From a virus, in the IMG/VR virus record IMGVR_UViG_3300050343_000268, positions 13,057 to 77,056 of that record: a stretch of 64,000 nucleotides of DNA, one strand, 5' to 3'. The notes under the pieces are model-generated. The model worked only from the letters and a program-made list of their open reading frames with translations. It did no database searches and was not told the DNA's origin. The position numbers and the translations under genes were made by a program. This document shows positions 10,038 through 21,200 of this stretch, piece after piece (position 1 is the first letter of the stretch; each line of letters starts with the position of its first letter).

Positions 10038-10759
10038 GAATCTTCCTCTTCCTGTACCTCAACTTCAGGCTCTGGTGTGACTGTTACTACACGGAACCCT
10101 GAAATAGGACTGTCTTTCACAATCACATTATCAGTAGAAACAACGCATGTAATACCAGCACTGCCAGAATCAACTTTAGCTATTACAGATGCTTGATCAG
10201 TTGGACCAACAAATTCTCCCTCTCCAGTCAAACTCCACGAATAAAATAAATCGGAAGCATTACCAGACACCATTGCGTTAAATGTTGAACGCTCACCAGC
10301 ATCAACGGTCATCGGTCCAGTCACAGTTACTGTACCAATTTCGACTACAACTGAAGGACGTTCTACTGCATTAACAGGAGTCACTGTCATGGTACGACCC
10401 CTGCTGATCTTAGGGAATACGTAGTGTTCAATGAGTTGATTGTCAAGCGTGAACAGAGCTCCCCTTGATACACCTTTGAAGTTACTAAAGGAGAAGTTAA
10501 AGGCACCATCATGATCAATGCGAACGCTTGAATAAGCGCTGGCTTCAACAGCAAGCAGTAAGCTTTGACCCGCTGAGGTTACTTTGAAAACTGCACAGGG
10601 CACTAACTGAACCTGCCCTGCATTGACGGCCCACCATTTTTTAACAGTAGAGAAATTACCACGCTTCGGCAACTGAAGCTTAAGCTCAGAACCTTTATGA
10701 TTTTTTACTTCCTTAAAACCCTTGAGCAAGAGACTATCGGCCATCACAAATAATATCAA
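10034..10759 (-). CDS. Hypothetical virion protein with C-terminal Ig/PKD-like domain
   Basis: Beta-strand pattern VTVTGPMTV..FNAMVSG..LFYSWS..ITCVVS. Confidence 0.5.
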   Translation of the reverse strand: MILFVMADSLLLKGFKEVKNHKGSELKLQLPKRGNFSTVKKWWAVNAGQVQLVPCAVFKVTSAGQSLLLAVEASAYSSVRIDHDGAFNFSFSNFKGVSRGALFTLDNQLIEHYVFPKISRGRTMTVTPVNAVERPSVVVEIGTVTVTGPMTVDAGERSTFNAMVSGNASDLFYSWSLTGEGEFVGPTDQASVIAKVDSGSAGITCVVSTDNVIVKDSPISGFRVVTVTPEPEVEVQEEEDS

Positions 10760-10796
10760 TTTATTCTATTTTAACCGTATCTAGATAATGAATGAT

Positions 10797-11132
10797 TCAA
10801 ATATTAGTGGAGCTCTTGTGACGATAATCATCATTAATAGAAAGCCATTTAAGATTTTGAACATGATTATTCAATTTATTGTTATCAATATGAGTTAGTA
10901 CACAGCACCCCTTGTGTCTACCCATAGGGGTAGGTGGGTTTCCAAGAAAAGCTAGAGCTACAAGAGTATGCACACAAACTTGCTTCTCACCTTTTTGCCC
11001 TAATCTCTGCTGAAGTACTAGTTTTCGATAACCATTTTTTGTAATGTCGAAGTCACTTATAGCCGTCACGAGAACTATTTAGCATTCAAATCCAGGAGTT
11101 ACCCACTCTTGTGTATCAACAAATTCGCTCAT
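10797..11132 (-). pseudogene. NUMOD4/HNH homing endonuclease, broken or mis-sequenced
   Basis: GYRKLVL, VHTLVALAFLG, HIDNNKLNNHVQNLKW; N-terminal MSEFVDTQEWV..PGFE lies in another frame. Confidence 0.75.
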
Positions 11133-11180
11133 AATTAATGTGGATTGATGTGGCTAATGACTATTAGTTTGGAGTTTCCT

Positions 11181-12322
11181 ATGTGGATTGATAAGCTTCT
11201 TGGTGCAGAACTTTACCGTCCTCATCCTGCCTACATCATTGAGATGGCAGTTGAGCCAGTGGTAGTACACGATTTTTCTAAGCAGCCCGGCCAGACCGTG
11301 CAGCTTGATCGTTACCGCTTCTGGGGTAAGCCTGGCACTAAGGAGTCCCGTGAGCGGACAGCCGATCAAACCCTCGGAACCGCATCAGCTCGCAACATCG
11401 TCAAGGACAAAGTACTTGGTCACCTCTGCGTGAGTACACCGGTCCTGCCGATACCCGCGACAGTGCACAGCCTTCTACCTTCAAGGTTGCACGTGAAACC
11501 CTGATCACTGCACAGCGTCTGCTGCTTGATACAGGTAACTTGAATGTATTCCACCAGTCAATCGGTAGCTTGACGCTGCTTGATGACTACCGTCGTTGGC
11601 GTGACCGCGTCTTTGCAAACGAACTGCTTAAGGCTGAAGCCTGAAGGCAAGTCTTCGAAAGAGCAAGGCGGTTACTACCTTCCCGGTGGCAAAGCAAAAG
11701 ATGCCACTGGCGGCACTCTTGGGTGTTACCTACGCAGCTGGCGAATCTGCCAAGTTTGATATCACTACTGACCTTCTCGAAGTTGTTAAGGACATGCGTA
11801 AGCGCAATGTTCCCACCTTCGCAGATGGTTACTACCGCTGTATCGTTGACCCCACGGCAATGATGCACCTTCGTCAGAATTCTGACTTCCGCGAGATTGC
11901 TCGCTACCCCGGTACTGGGATGATTAATCCCATGTCCCCCAACCAGGCACCCAACGCTAATTTCTACCAAGGAATGGGTCCTGCTTACGGACAAGCCGGT
12001 TTTGTGGCTGGTCAGCCCGTAATGCCTACAGGCTTCCTCTTTGAGGGTGTCCGTTGGTTCGAGTCAACCAACCTTCCCGAAACCAATTACAACTTGGTTA
12101 TTACTGATGAGAACGCAGCTGCTGCTGACTATGCAGCATCGCAGCTTGATCTTCTTCGGTCCTCAAGCCGTTGGCGTGGGTATCGGTGGTAATAACGCTC
12201 AGATTCTTCTGAACAACAATGATGACTTCTCACGATTCATCATCATGATCTGGAGTCTGTTCGCCGGTTTTGAAACCTTGAATAAGGATTTCATCACGGT
12301 TGGTTACTCTTTCGTATATTGA
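11181..12322 (+). CDS. Major capsid protein (several indels in assembly)
   Basis: Segments LLGAELYRPHP..QPGQTVQLDRY, DLLEVVKDMRKRNVP, FEGVRWFESTN, FFGPQAVG..DDFSRFIIMIW join across frames; GGAG 6 nt before ATG. Confidence 0.8.
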
Positions 12323-12338
12323 TAGGAGTTAACTAATC

Positions 12339-12981
12339 ATGACTGTAATTTTTCCAGGTAACTATGTAGCCCAACTGAACGCCTATCGCGATCAGGGTGT
12401 TGTGGCTATCCCCGGTGTTGAGTTTTATCGCGCTGTTGGCGCACTGTAGTGCTTAACCCAGACAACGACAGCATGTACTGATGCCAGCGGTACGCTTGAC
12501 AGCAGGAAGCTACACGCCTCAGATCTTGTCTCCTGACCTTCGTCAGGACGACAAGCCACGTAAGGATCGTCCTTTGACTATTCCTGCAAATGCTGTTGTA
12601 TATCGCACAGCAATTTCAGCACCTGGTGTGAAAGAAGCAACTGTTGCCGGTAGCGGCACCATTGTTCTTGGAACACTTGGTTCTAATGCACCAACTAGTT
12701 CAACGCTTACTGCTGAAGCCGACGGCTTCTTCCCAGAAGCTGGAACTTCATCCGCGCTTAACAGCATTGTTGATGGCACCGCTATCAGCACAAGTGCTGC
12801 TACTGCTGTGACTGTAACCACTGATGTGAGTTATATTCCTGAAGTCAAGCCTTCCCCTGGTGCTGGTCGTAAGTCACCTTCTGCCATTTTGGTTGAAGTG
12901 TGCTACTACATTCCCGCCCCTGCGCCTTCCTACGACGACGTAAGTATTCCTTACGCTGTTGAAGCTGGCCAAGGTTATTGA
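12339..12981 (+). CDS. Capsid-associated (decoration/minor capsid) protein, frameshifted near 12450-12480
   Basis: AGGAG then ATG at 12339 (MTVIFPGNY...); continues into ORF 12481..12981; directly follows the capsid gene. Confidence 0.55.
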
Positions 12982-13001
12982 TTTATAATCAATAAGTAAT
13001 T

Positions 13002-13033
13002 AAGAACGTCTTTTAAAGAGGCGTTCTTTTTTT
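13002..13033 (+). terminator. Intrinsic terminator of the capsid operon
   Basis: aagaacgtctt-ttaa-agaggcgttctt followed by a T tract. Confidence 0.75.
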
Positions 13034-13068
13034 ATGCCTATAATAAACAAGTGTAGTAAGTCATAGTA

Positions 13069-13497
13069 ATGAGTAACTTATTTCAGGACCAGAAAACAGG
13101 TAAGCTTGTTGAATTTATCAATAAGCATGACAAAGCATTTGCAATGGTTCGAGATGCAGGAGGAAATATTACTTATGTCCTTGATCAGTTAGTTCCCTAT
13201 GACCGGGAGAAAGGACGACTGGCAAAAGTCGCTGCACCACAAATTGCACCTGAGCCTGAAGAAGAAATGCCCACACAGTAGTTCCTATTGAAGATACACG
13301 TTTGAATTTGAATACAGCACCTGCTGAACAGATTGCAAAACGTCTGCCTGGTGTTGGTTATGCAACAGCAAACGTATTGTTGAACTACGAATGTCATCTG
13401 AGTGGTGAGCGGTTTGCAAACCTCAAGCAACTAGAAAATATTCCACGTGTGAATTGGGAACAGCTTGATTGAAGAAGACCTTATCTTCATTAGTTAA
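13069..13497 (+). CDS. Helix-hairpin-helix (ComEA-like) DNA-binding protein, frameshifted
   Basis: LNLNTAPAEQIAKRLPGVGYATA..RFANLKQLENIPRV in frames downstream of ORF 13069..13281. Confidence 0.7.
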
Positions 13498-13526
13498 AAT
13501 ATTAATAACAAAGGTGTAGATCAGTA

Positions 13527-13927
13527 ATGGACCCACGTATTGAACAAGTGCTTCTAGCACAAGCAGCACAAGAAGCTGAACAGGGTCCACGCTTAGTGAC
13601 ATGGTTGCACTTGGGTTCTGGAACTGGTGCAGCACTGGGCGCACTAACCGGTGCTGTGCCTCACATGCAGTTGGTAAAGGATTGGCCATCTGCGTGGAAC
13701 TAACCAATGATGAAACCAGGTGCTCGTATGGCAGGTGGTCTAGTTGGTCTGCAATTGTTGGGGGAGGCTTAGGTGCAGCTGCTCAAATGCAAATGGCTAA
13801 TCAAACGGACCTGCTGGTGCAATGCTTGCCAAGATTCAGGCACAAGGTGGAATGATGCCAGGCGATGAAGCAAGGCTAGGAAGCAGTCTTGCGTGATGCA
13901 TATTCACAACAGGGGTTACTTGGCTGA
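13527..13927 (+). CDS. Hypothetical Gly/Ala-rich protein, frameshifted
   Basis: MDPRIEQVLLAQAAQEAEQGP start; TGA overlaps the next ATG. Confidence 0.45.
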
Positions 13928-14408
13928 TGGAATTAGATGATCTGCTGAAATCAAAAGCTCGATTCCATCATTGGAATCAATGCAGGTGCTCAAATCCCTG
14001 CTGGTGATAGAGCGCGTTTAGAAGAAGCAATGGCACTCATCCCAGATGAATTGGTACAATCAAATAGTTAATCACATTAGAAGATGTGATTCCGCTTGGA
14101 ACAATAGTGAGTATTTTCCAGAAGACTCTGGAGGTTCTCCAAATTACAGTAGGCTGGAGCAAATTGCAGGAGACGTGCAACGAACAATTGCAACGTCCGA
14201 TCCCTTAAAGGGAGATGAGTATTTTCGAGAAATCTATTTACGAGAAGTAGATAGACTTGCTGAAACACTATATGTAGCAAACTATCGCAGGCCTGAAGTA
14301 CGAAGATACTTATTTGAAAGAGCTGGATCTGAATTCATCATGTCTATTCCAGGACCTGCTGACACAGCAGTTGGGACAAGAATTATGCTAAATCTTATTT
14401 GGCGTTAA
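13927..14408 (+). CDS. Hypothetical virion protein (possible head-tail connector), frameshifted
   Basis: MELDDLLKSKARFH..GAQIPAGDRARLEEAM joins ORF 14046..14408. Confidence 0.45.
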
Positions 14409-14441
14409 CTGTAGAATAAATATAGGAATAATTAGACAATT

Positions 14442-14885
14442 ATGGCAACTCAAAAAATTACGATGGGTCGCGGTAGAGATACTGATTACCAGTCAAAACT
14501 GGCGGCAGCTACAGCACAAGCCGGTATGGGTGGTGATTACGTATGGGGTCTACAAACTGGGATGCAGCAAGTTTATCAAAACGGAACAGGCACAGCTTCA
14601 AAAGCATCCCGTAGTCCAAAATACGGAAATGTGAACATCACTACAGGTGATGCACTCGACGGTACATTTGGCAACTTTAAGCCAATGACCGACAGTGCTG
14701 GGAATCAAGTAACTGAGGAACCACGGAATCAAACTGGTTACCTTGAAGGTCAGTATTCAGCAACTGTTCAGCCACAGATTGATAGCGAAATTGCAGGACA
14801 ACAGGCTGCAGAACGTATTCAGATGCTGGCTCAAGGACGCCAATTCATGGGTCTAAACAATCGTCAACAAATGTACCAGGCATAA
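14442..14885 (+). CDS. Hypothetical virion protein
   Basis: 147 aa, Q/G-rich. Confidence 0.55.
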   Translation: MATQKITMGRGRDTDYQSKLAAATAQAGMGGDYVWGLQTGMQQVYQNGTGTASKASRSPKYGNVNITTGDALDGTFGNFKPMTDSAGNQVTEEPRNQTGYLEGQYSATVQPQIDSEIAGQQAAERIQMLAQGRQFMGLNNRQQMYQA

Positions 14886-14886
14886 A

Positions 14887-15612
14887 ATGGCTAATTCAAA
14901 GAAACTTGCAAACAGATTAAAGGCGGGGGATAGAGACCCTAACCAAAGGACAGTGTCCACAGATACAACAAGTGGAATTCCTACTGATCTAAATCAACCA
15001 CTGCCTGGTCAGCCACAAGGGCCAGGCAACATGTTAGGCAACCCCCTTAATTACCGCTCGGCAGGATCTGGTGTACAACCACAAAGGAGCATAGATCCAA
15101 ATGCCACACACTCTCCTTACGGTGATCCAGTCTTTGACAATGAACAACTAAAACAAGTAGGAGCAGTTGGCTTTGCCACTAATAGTGGAAAAAATGGAAA
15201 TCAGGTGCCTGGCCAAAGATTAAATGCAATGGATTACGGCGCAGCAATCCAACCCAAAGAAGGCGAAAGTATGGATATGCTTTATGGTTATTATGCAGGA
15301 AGTTCTGCAAACAAGACAGCTGAAAGTGCGTACGCAAGAACTGGTGATGTAACGCCTTCTTATGCAATTGGTTTCATGGGACCAATGGGTATTGCTGCAG
15401 ATTCAAATGCCAAAGGTGCTCTAAATCGTGGGCAAATGCCATCACAAATGATGATGCAAAGTCCACAGTCATTGCCCTTACAAGGTGTAAATACAACTCA
15501 AAGCTTGAATGGCTCTGGACCAGAAGTGATGGGTCCTGGAAACACTGGAAGCTTAGGCATGAACACAGGCCCAGGTGGTGGCCGCAACAAAAGACCAAAT
15601 CAATCAGCATAA
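14887..15612 (+). CDS. Hypothetical low-complexity virion protein
   Basis: 241 aa, G/P/Q/M-rich. Confidence 0.55.
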   Translation: MANSKKLANRLKAGDRDPNQRTVSTDTTSGIPTDLNQPLPGQPQGPGNMLGNPLNYRSAGSGVQPQRSIDPNATHSPYGDPVFDNEQLKQVGAVGFATNSGKNGNQVPGQRLNAMDYGAAIQPKEGESMDMLYGYYAGSSANKTAESAYARTGDVTPSYAIGFMGPMGIAADSNAKGALNRGQMPSQMMMQSPQSLPLQGVNTTQSLNGSGPEVMGPGNTGSLGMNTGPGGGRNKRPNQSA

Positions 15613-15623
15613 GGTAAATAACA

Positions 15624-16142
15624 ATGGCATCAACCTCAACTAACAAACAACCGCTTCTAGTCGATCGCGTACTACACGAAGTAATTGACCTTGCAGGTGC
15701 TACTGTCGCACAAAATGCAGGCGTTGATATTGCTGGTACGAACAACGCTTCAATTGTTGTTGATAGCACAACCCAAGACGGTTGCATTATCGAAGACATC
15801 TATGCAATCGCTCGTACAATTTCTACAGGCTACAAAATCAATCTGTATCTAAGTTCTGCATCTGATTACTTGCGACAACAGCAAGCTATCTTTGTGGCAA
15901 CATTGACATCTGGAACAACAACAGGTGATAGAACTCATATCACTTTGTTGCCGTATATTTTGGCTCCCGTACCACAAGGTGGGAATGTAGGGACTGAACT
16001 AGCTAACACGCATTTCCAGTACCGCTACAGAGCACTGTATGTACCAAAAGGAAAAGCACTATGGGCTGCGGTAGAACAGCAATCGTCCGGTGACCAGGCT
16101 GCTGCTGCACCTCTACTGGGGGTTCAAGGTGGTTGGTATTAA
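15624..16142 (+). CDS. Hypothetical structural protein
   Basis: 172 aa, beta-rich. Confidence 0.55.
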   Translation: MASTSTNKQPLLVDRVLHEVIDLAGATVAQNAGVDIAGTNNASIVVDSTTQDGCIIEDIYAIARTISTGYKINLYLSSASDYLRQQQAIFVATLTSGTTTGDRTHITLLPYILAPVPQGGNVGTELANTHFQYRYRALYVPKGKALWAAVEQQSSGDQAAAAPLLGVQGGWY

Positions 16143-17929
16143 TGCCAAGAAAGCAAAACGGCTTTGGTAATGCAAAGTCGTTTGGATTAAAACCATTTAA
16201 GTCAACTGAAAAAAGTACTAGAACTGGTAAAGGTGGAGGCCCTGCTCCTTCAGACAGAAGGTTCGGAAGCACAGTTCATAAATCTATAATTGACAAATAT
16301 AATATTAATTCTGATTGGGTGAAATGGCGAAAGGGATTTGAGTATTACAACCAGATGGCATGGTATGAATTAGATACCTTTGATCCTATAACAGAAAATT
16401 ATACAAGGACAGAATTATTCTCAAAACTGTACCAAGGTACTGATGATGAACTGTCAGTAAAATTTGAAGGATATAAGTTTTCAACACAGAACTCAGACAG
16501 CAACAATCACTATGTAATGAAAAGAATCCCAATATCAAATGCAGATATTGGAAGAATAACTACAGTAAAGAATGATCCTTTTGTAGACTTAAACAATAAA
16601 TTGAACAATGAAGTCTGGTGCACTTTTAGTAATGGTCCAAACTATTCGATGTTGCTACAGATGCTAGGAGAAAGGATAGATGACGGAGAAACTGAAGCCA
16701 CAATATCCTACGTATTAAATTCAAGCTCGTATCCAGCGATATATAACGGCAAGTCAGAAGAATTAAGCACAACTGTTGAAGTCACAATAGATATACCAGA
16801 TTTGGATTACGCTACGGGTGTAGATCCAATAACTAATTACAGCGACTTAGTTGATCAGATAGTATTCGTACCTGGCTTTTTTGTAAATAAGAACAAAACA
16901 GATATAGACAATCTAGAATTTAATGATGACATCGAAAGTTTCACTGTTGATTTAACCGACAGCGCATCAGGGCAAACCATAGAAATATTGAACAGAGATG
17001 ATTTCGAACTCCCGCCATCACTGTTTGACATAAGTCAATTAAACAGCAGTGTAAGTACTACTAACGGTACTTACGAAGTAAAAGGTAAATTTAGTTTTGA
17101 CAAAAACAGTTACCAAAGATTTTTTGGAAGAAAATATTTAACCGCAGGATTAGTAGACAGCAATACGAATAAGGCGTCTTACGCAATTATGCCATTCAGC
17201 ATTCTAGGAGTAGAAGTGATTAACAACAAACTAATATTAAAATCTGTGCCAGCAAGAACAGAACTAAAACTTACATCAGATCCGGCGAATGGAACGATAA
17301 TTTTCTCAGACAATAGCTTTACGAAAACATCGATAGATTCATATGACGGTGAATACTATCATAATGATGAATTGAATGCTGATCAATGGAAACTATTTGA
17401 CACCGATATAGATCCATGGATGGACGAAGTTTTTACATCAGGAAATGCGTTAAAGCCATCAACGTTGTTTTCATGTAGTTGCCCAAATTATTCGAAGTCA
17501 TTGCTAAGTGCACCGCAGTCAACTCAAAATGCAAGTGAGAGAAAAGTGAACAGGCAACAAAGGTATCCATTGCCTAGTGCTATGAGCCCAACTGATTATG
17601 AAATGCATGGTCGAAGCCAAGTGGCGGGAAAGATCACCAGTTGGGAACGGAGTAAGGACAAATTGCGATTCAAAATGTGCAAGCATACAATAGCTGCAAG
17701 ATTTATTGAACATATCAAAACCAAAGAACCAAATGAATATCCTACTGTTGAAATAAGAGAGAACTTTGATGAGAAACTAACAAAGGAAATCAAGGAGGTC
17801 GCCGACCGCTTTGTTAGTTCCTACAAACGAGGTGGCATAACTACCTTAGAATTAATATTTGCATTAGGACAAGGATTAAATCTAGATGATGTTGAAATTG
17901 CATACGTATTATTTGGGACAAAGTTCTAA
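16142..17929 (+). CDS. Large protein with C-terminal split SWIM-type Zn finger
   Basis: FSCSCPNY ... MCKHTIAA. Confidence 0.65.
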   Translation: MPRKQNGFGNAKSFGLKPFKSTEKSTRTGKGGGPAPSDRRFGSTVHKSIIDKYNINSDWVKWRKGFEYYNQMAWYELDTFDPITENYTRTELFSKLYQGTDDELSVKFEGYKFSTQNSDSNNHYVMKRIPISNADIGRITTVKNDPFVDLNNKLNNEVWCTFSNGPNYSMLLQMLGERIDDGETEATISYVLNSSSYPAIYNGKSEELSTTVEVTIDIPDLDYATGVDPITNYSDLVDQIVFVPGFFVNKNKTDIDNLEFNDDIESFTVDLTDSASGQTIEILNRDDFELPPSLFDISQLNSSVSTTNGTYEVKGKFSFDKNSYQRFFGRKYLTAGLVDSNTNKASYAIMPFSILGVEVINNKLILKSVPARTELKLTSDPANGTIIFSDNSFTKTSIDSYDGEYYHNDELNADQWKLFDTDIDPWMDEVFTSGNALKPSTLFSCSCPNYSKSLLSAPQSTQNASERKVNRQQRYPLPSAMSPTDYEMHGRSQVAGKITSWERSKDKLRFKMCKHTIAARFIEHIKTKEPNEYPTVEIRENFDEKLTKEIKEVADRFVSSYKRGGITTLELIFALGQGLNLDDVEIAYVLFGTKF

Positions 17930-17975
17930 TTAGTAACAGATAAGGGTAAAATAAAGAGAACTGACTGATAAGAAC

Positions 17976-18191
17976 GTGTTTAAAGAATCTGACTTCCAAC
18001 TACCTTTAGAAAAAGAATTGAGGCTACAGGTAATTAAAACAGAAATAGAACAATGTAATGATACAGAAGCTCTAAAAGAACAACTAAGTTCCTGTGCTGA
18101 CGCATTGATGAGATATCAGCATCTGCTGGGAAAGGCAGTTGAAATGAATTTAATGGGATTGATTGATCTTATAGAGAGTGAAAATAGCTAG
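17976..18191 (+). CDS. NblA-like small helical protein
   Basis: LPLEKELRLQVIKTEIEQC..EALKEQL..LMRYQHLL resembles the NblA pattern LSLEQQFxL..MSREQ. Confidence 0.5.
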   Translation: MFKESDFQLPLEKELRLQVIKTEIEQCNDTEALKEQLSSCADALMRYQHLLGKAVEMNLMGLIDLIESENS

Positions 18192-18252
18192 AAGAGAAGT
18201 ATAGCAAGTTAAACTAGAAAGAGGGTTACTATTCCGGTAAAGGTTTAATAAA

Positions 18253-21200
18253 ATGGCAAAGATTCAATTAAAGAAATCTACAATCCTAGATGGAGCAAAC
18301 GCTTTAGAGCCAACTAACACACAGATGTTGTTTGGCGAACTTGCTGTTAATTACAACGCAGATGATCCTTGTATCTTTTTTAAAGATAGTGATGAAAGTA
18401 TTATTCGAATTGCAGGAAAGAACGCAATTGGGAACAGGGCGATTGATATTGAAGGCTATCCAACATTAACTGATGGTCTGGGAGCTGAACTAGATGATAG
18501 ATATTTAAAACTTAATTCAACAGGCACACAAGTAATTGGAACAACAGGTCTTACAGAATTCAGTGGTGGTATTAAGGTCGCTGATAGTGATACAAATCTA
18601 CTTGAGCTCTCTGAAGGTGGTAGCTCGAAAGTTGTGGTCACAAATGATGGAAAAATGGGTGTAGGTACATCCACGCCTACAAATGTGTTGCAAGTAGTAG
18701 GTACGGTTGCAGCAACCACTGCAACAATATCTTCAAACCTTACAGCGGCTCAAATCATTTCGACAGTAGCAGATGGTACTTCACCGCTATCTGTGACAAG
18801 TACAACAAGAGTAAACAATTTCAATTCAGATACTGTTGATGGTCTACATGCCGCAAGTTTTTTAAGATCTGATATAGATATTGTTGCTAGTAACAAGATT
18901 ACGTTTTCTGATGAAATCACAGTAAATAGTGATGTCAAGTTAATCACAGACAGCAAAGTAATATTCGGTTCTAATGACTTGGATATGTATGCCAGTTCAG
19001 ATGGTAGCTTTTATATAGATAATAAAACTGATAATAATATTAAAATCCGAGAAGATGGTGTCAATTCTATCATTATTGATACTGCTAGTCGCATCGTAAA
19101 GCCCAGCGTTAATAATACAGGAAGTATTGGTACTTCAACTAGGAAATGGAACGCGGGATATTTACAAAATTTAGATAGCACAGGGACTATCACCGCTAAT
19201 ATTATTAACGCTACAACAATTACAGGAGCTATTAATGCTTCTAATTTGACAGGAACTATTAATACAGCTAGGTTGCCTGCAACATACACTTTAGCTGATG
19301 GGATCACTATTGAGGCGACAGGTTCTCTTGGATACTTAACATTAAATGCTGACAAAAATATTGGATTAACAGCATCAGGATCAAACAGCTTTGTACGCTT
19401 TCGAGGCAACAATGGCCAAGGATCATATCGTTTCACAAAAGCCGGCCAATCAACAATTGAAGGCCTTCTAGATTTTGAAAGTTTAACAAGTGATAGAACA
19501 TTTACCTATCCTGATATTTCAGGTACGATTGCGCTTACAACTTCCACAATTGATAATGCAGATAAAGTAGATAATTTGCATGCATCAAGTTTCATAAGAT
19601 CAGATGCTGACGATTCAAAAACTGGTAATTTGATACTAGACACAGCAAGCAATACTAAGCATCTTTATATTGGCAGAACAGCTAGCACTGTTAATGAATA
19701 TACAAAAATAGGTCGAGATGATGCCGCAACTATCTTTTATACAAAGAACGACGAAAGTTCATCAAGGGTTGTATTTCAATTCGAGAATACAGACACTGAA
19801 GGCGCTAACGTTGGAGCAAATTCTAGCAATAGAACCATTAAGTTAATCTCTAATCAAACTAATGCGTCAATAACTGTAGAAGATAATTTAGTTTGGCATG
19901 AAGGAAATGATGGAGCCGGTAGTTCTTTAGATGCAGACTTATTAGATGGTCAGCATGGTTCTTACTACACAGGATATACAGATACAGCTGTTGCTAATTT
20001 GATCGATAGTTCACCAGGAACTCTGAATACATTAAATGAATTAGCATCAGCATTGGGTGATGACGCTAACTTCTCAACAACGATCACAAATAGTCTTGCG
20101 ACAAAACTGCCATTAGCTGGTGGCGCAATGACTGGCAATATCACATTTTCAGGAACACAAACAGTTGACGGTCGTGACCTTTCAGTTGATGGTTCAAAAT
20201 TAGATGGTATTGAAACTGGGGCAACAGCCGATCAGACTGCATCTGAAATTCTTAACTTACTTAAAACAGTAGACACAAATGGCAGCGGACTTAATGCCGA
20301 CAAACTTGATGGTCAACAAGGCAGTTACTATCAAGCAGCATCTACTGCTGTCAATACAAGTACTACCTTTGGCGGAGATGTTGTAGGTACTTACAATGCT
20401 CTTGCAGTCGTAAATGATTCGCATACCCATGACACTAGGTATTTTACCGAGACGGAAGCGGATGCACGATTCCTTGGAATTACAGCTAAGGCTGCAGATT
20501 CAGATAAACTTGATAACTTAACCTCAGGATCATTCTTAAGGTCCAATGCTGATCATACATATACAGGTATCATTACTGGAAATAGATTACTGCTTGGTGG
20601 TAGTCAAATTGTAACTAGTACTGCTAAGTTACAGGTGAATGGGTTCATGAGAACCGGAAACATAAATCTTCATGAAGGGGGGAATAGCCCAAATTCAAAC
20701 AATAAAGTTTTAAGCAATAATAGTGGAGTCTTACAGTGGGATGGGGATACAGTATGGACATCTTCTAATAATGGCGCAGGATCTTCATTGAATGCGGATC
20801 AGGTAGATGGATACGAAGGTGCAGATCTATTGAAGTCAAGCGAAAATGATTCTTTCAGTGGTAATTTGACCGGAAGTGGAACTATATATACTACCGGTAC
20901 TTATATGGGTATTAAGGGGGACGGTGGTGGCGTCTGCCTAACAACGAATGATGGCGGTGGTAATGCTAATGTTACCTTTAATCATAAAGCTTTGGTACCA
21001 GATCAAGCAGGTTCTTCAGGACGTATTGAATGTGCTGTAGATGGTGGCACTGCAGCAATGTATTTTGAATTAAAAGATAATGTAACAGCCGGTTCACTTC
21101 TACCGGATTAACCAATATATTGACATTAACAACGTCAAATTTTACGGCATTTGGCAATACGGTGTGGCATGCAGGTAATCATGGAGCCACATCTACATTA

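Noticed and set aside
11138-11192. Duplicated ATGTGGATTGAT at the capsid start as a target-site duplication of the adjacent HNH
   Set aside because: The copies do not flank the HNH and lie in an error-rich, scrambled-looking stretch; probably a consensus artefact
11400-14050. Many frame changes and stops in capsid and neighbouring genes as recoding or pseudogenisation
   Set aside because: Dense indels in essential genes with no slippery heptamer or stimulator; best explained by low-quality consensus
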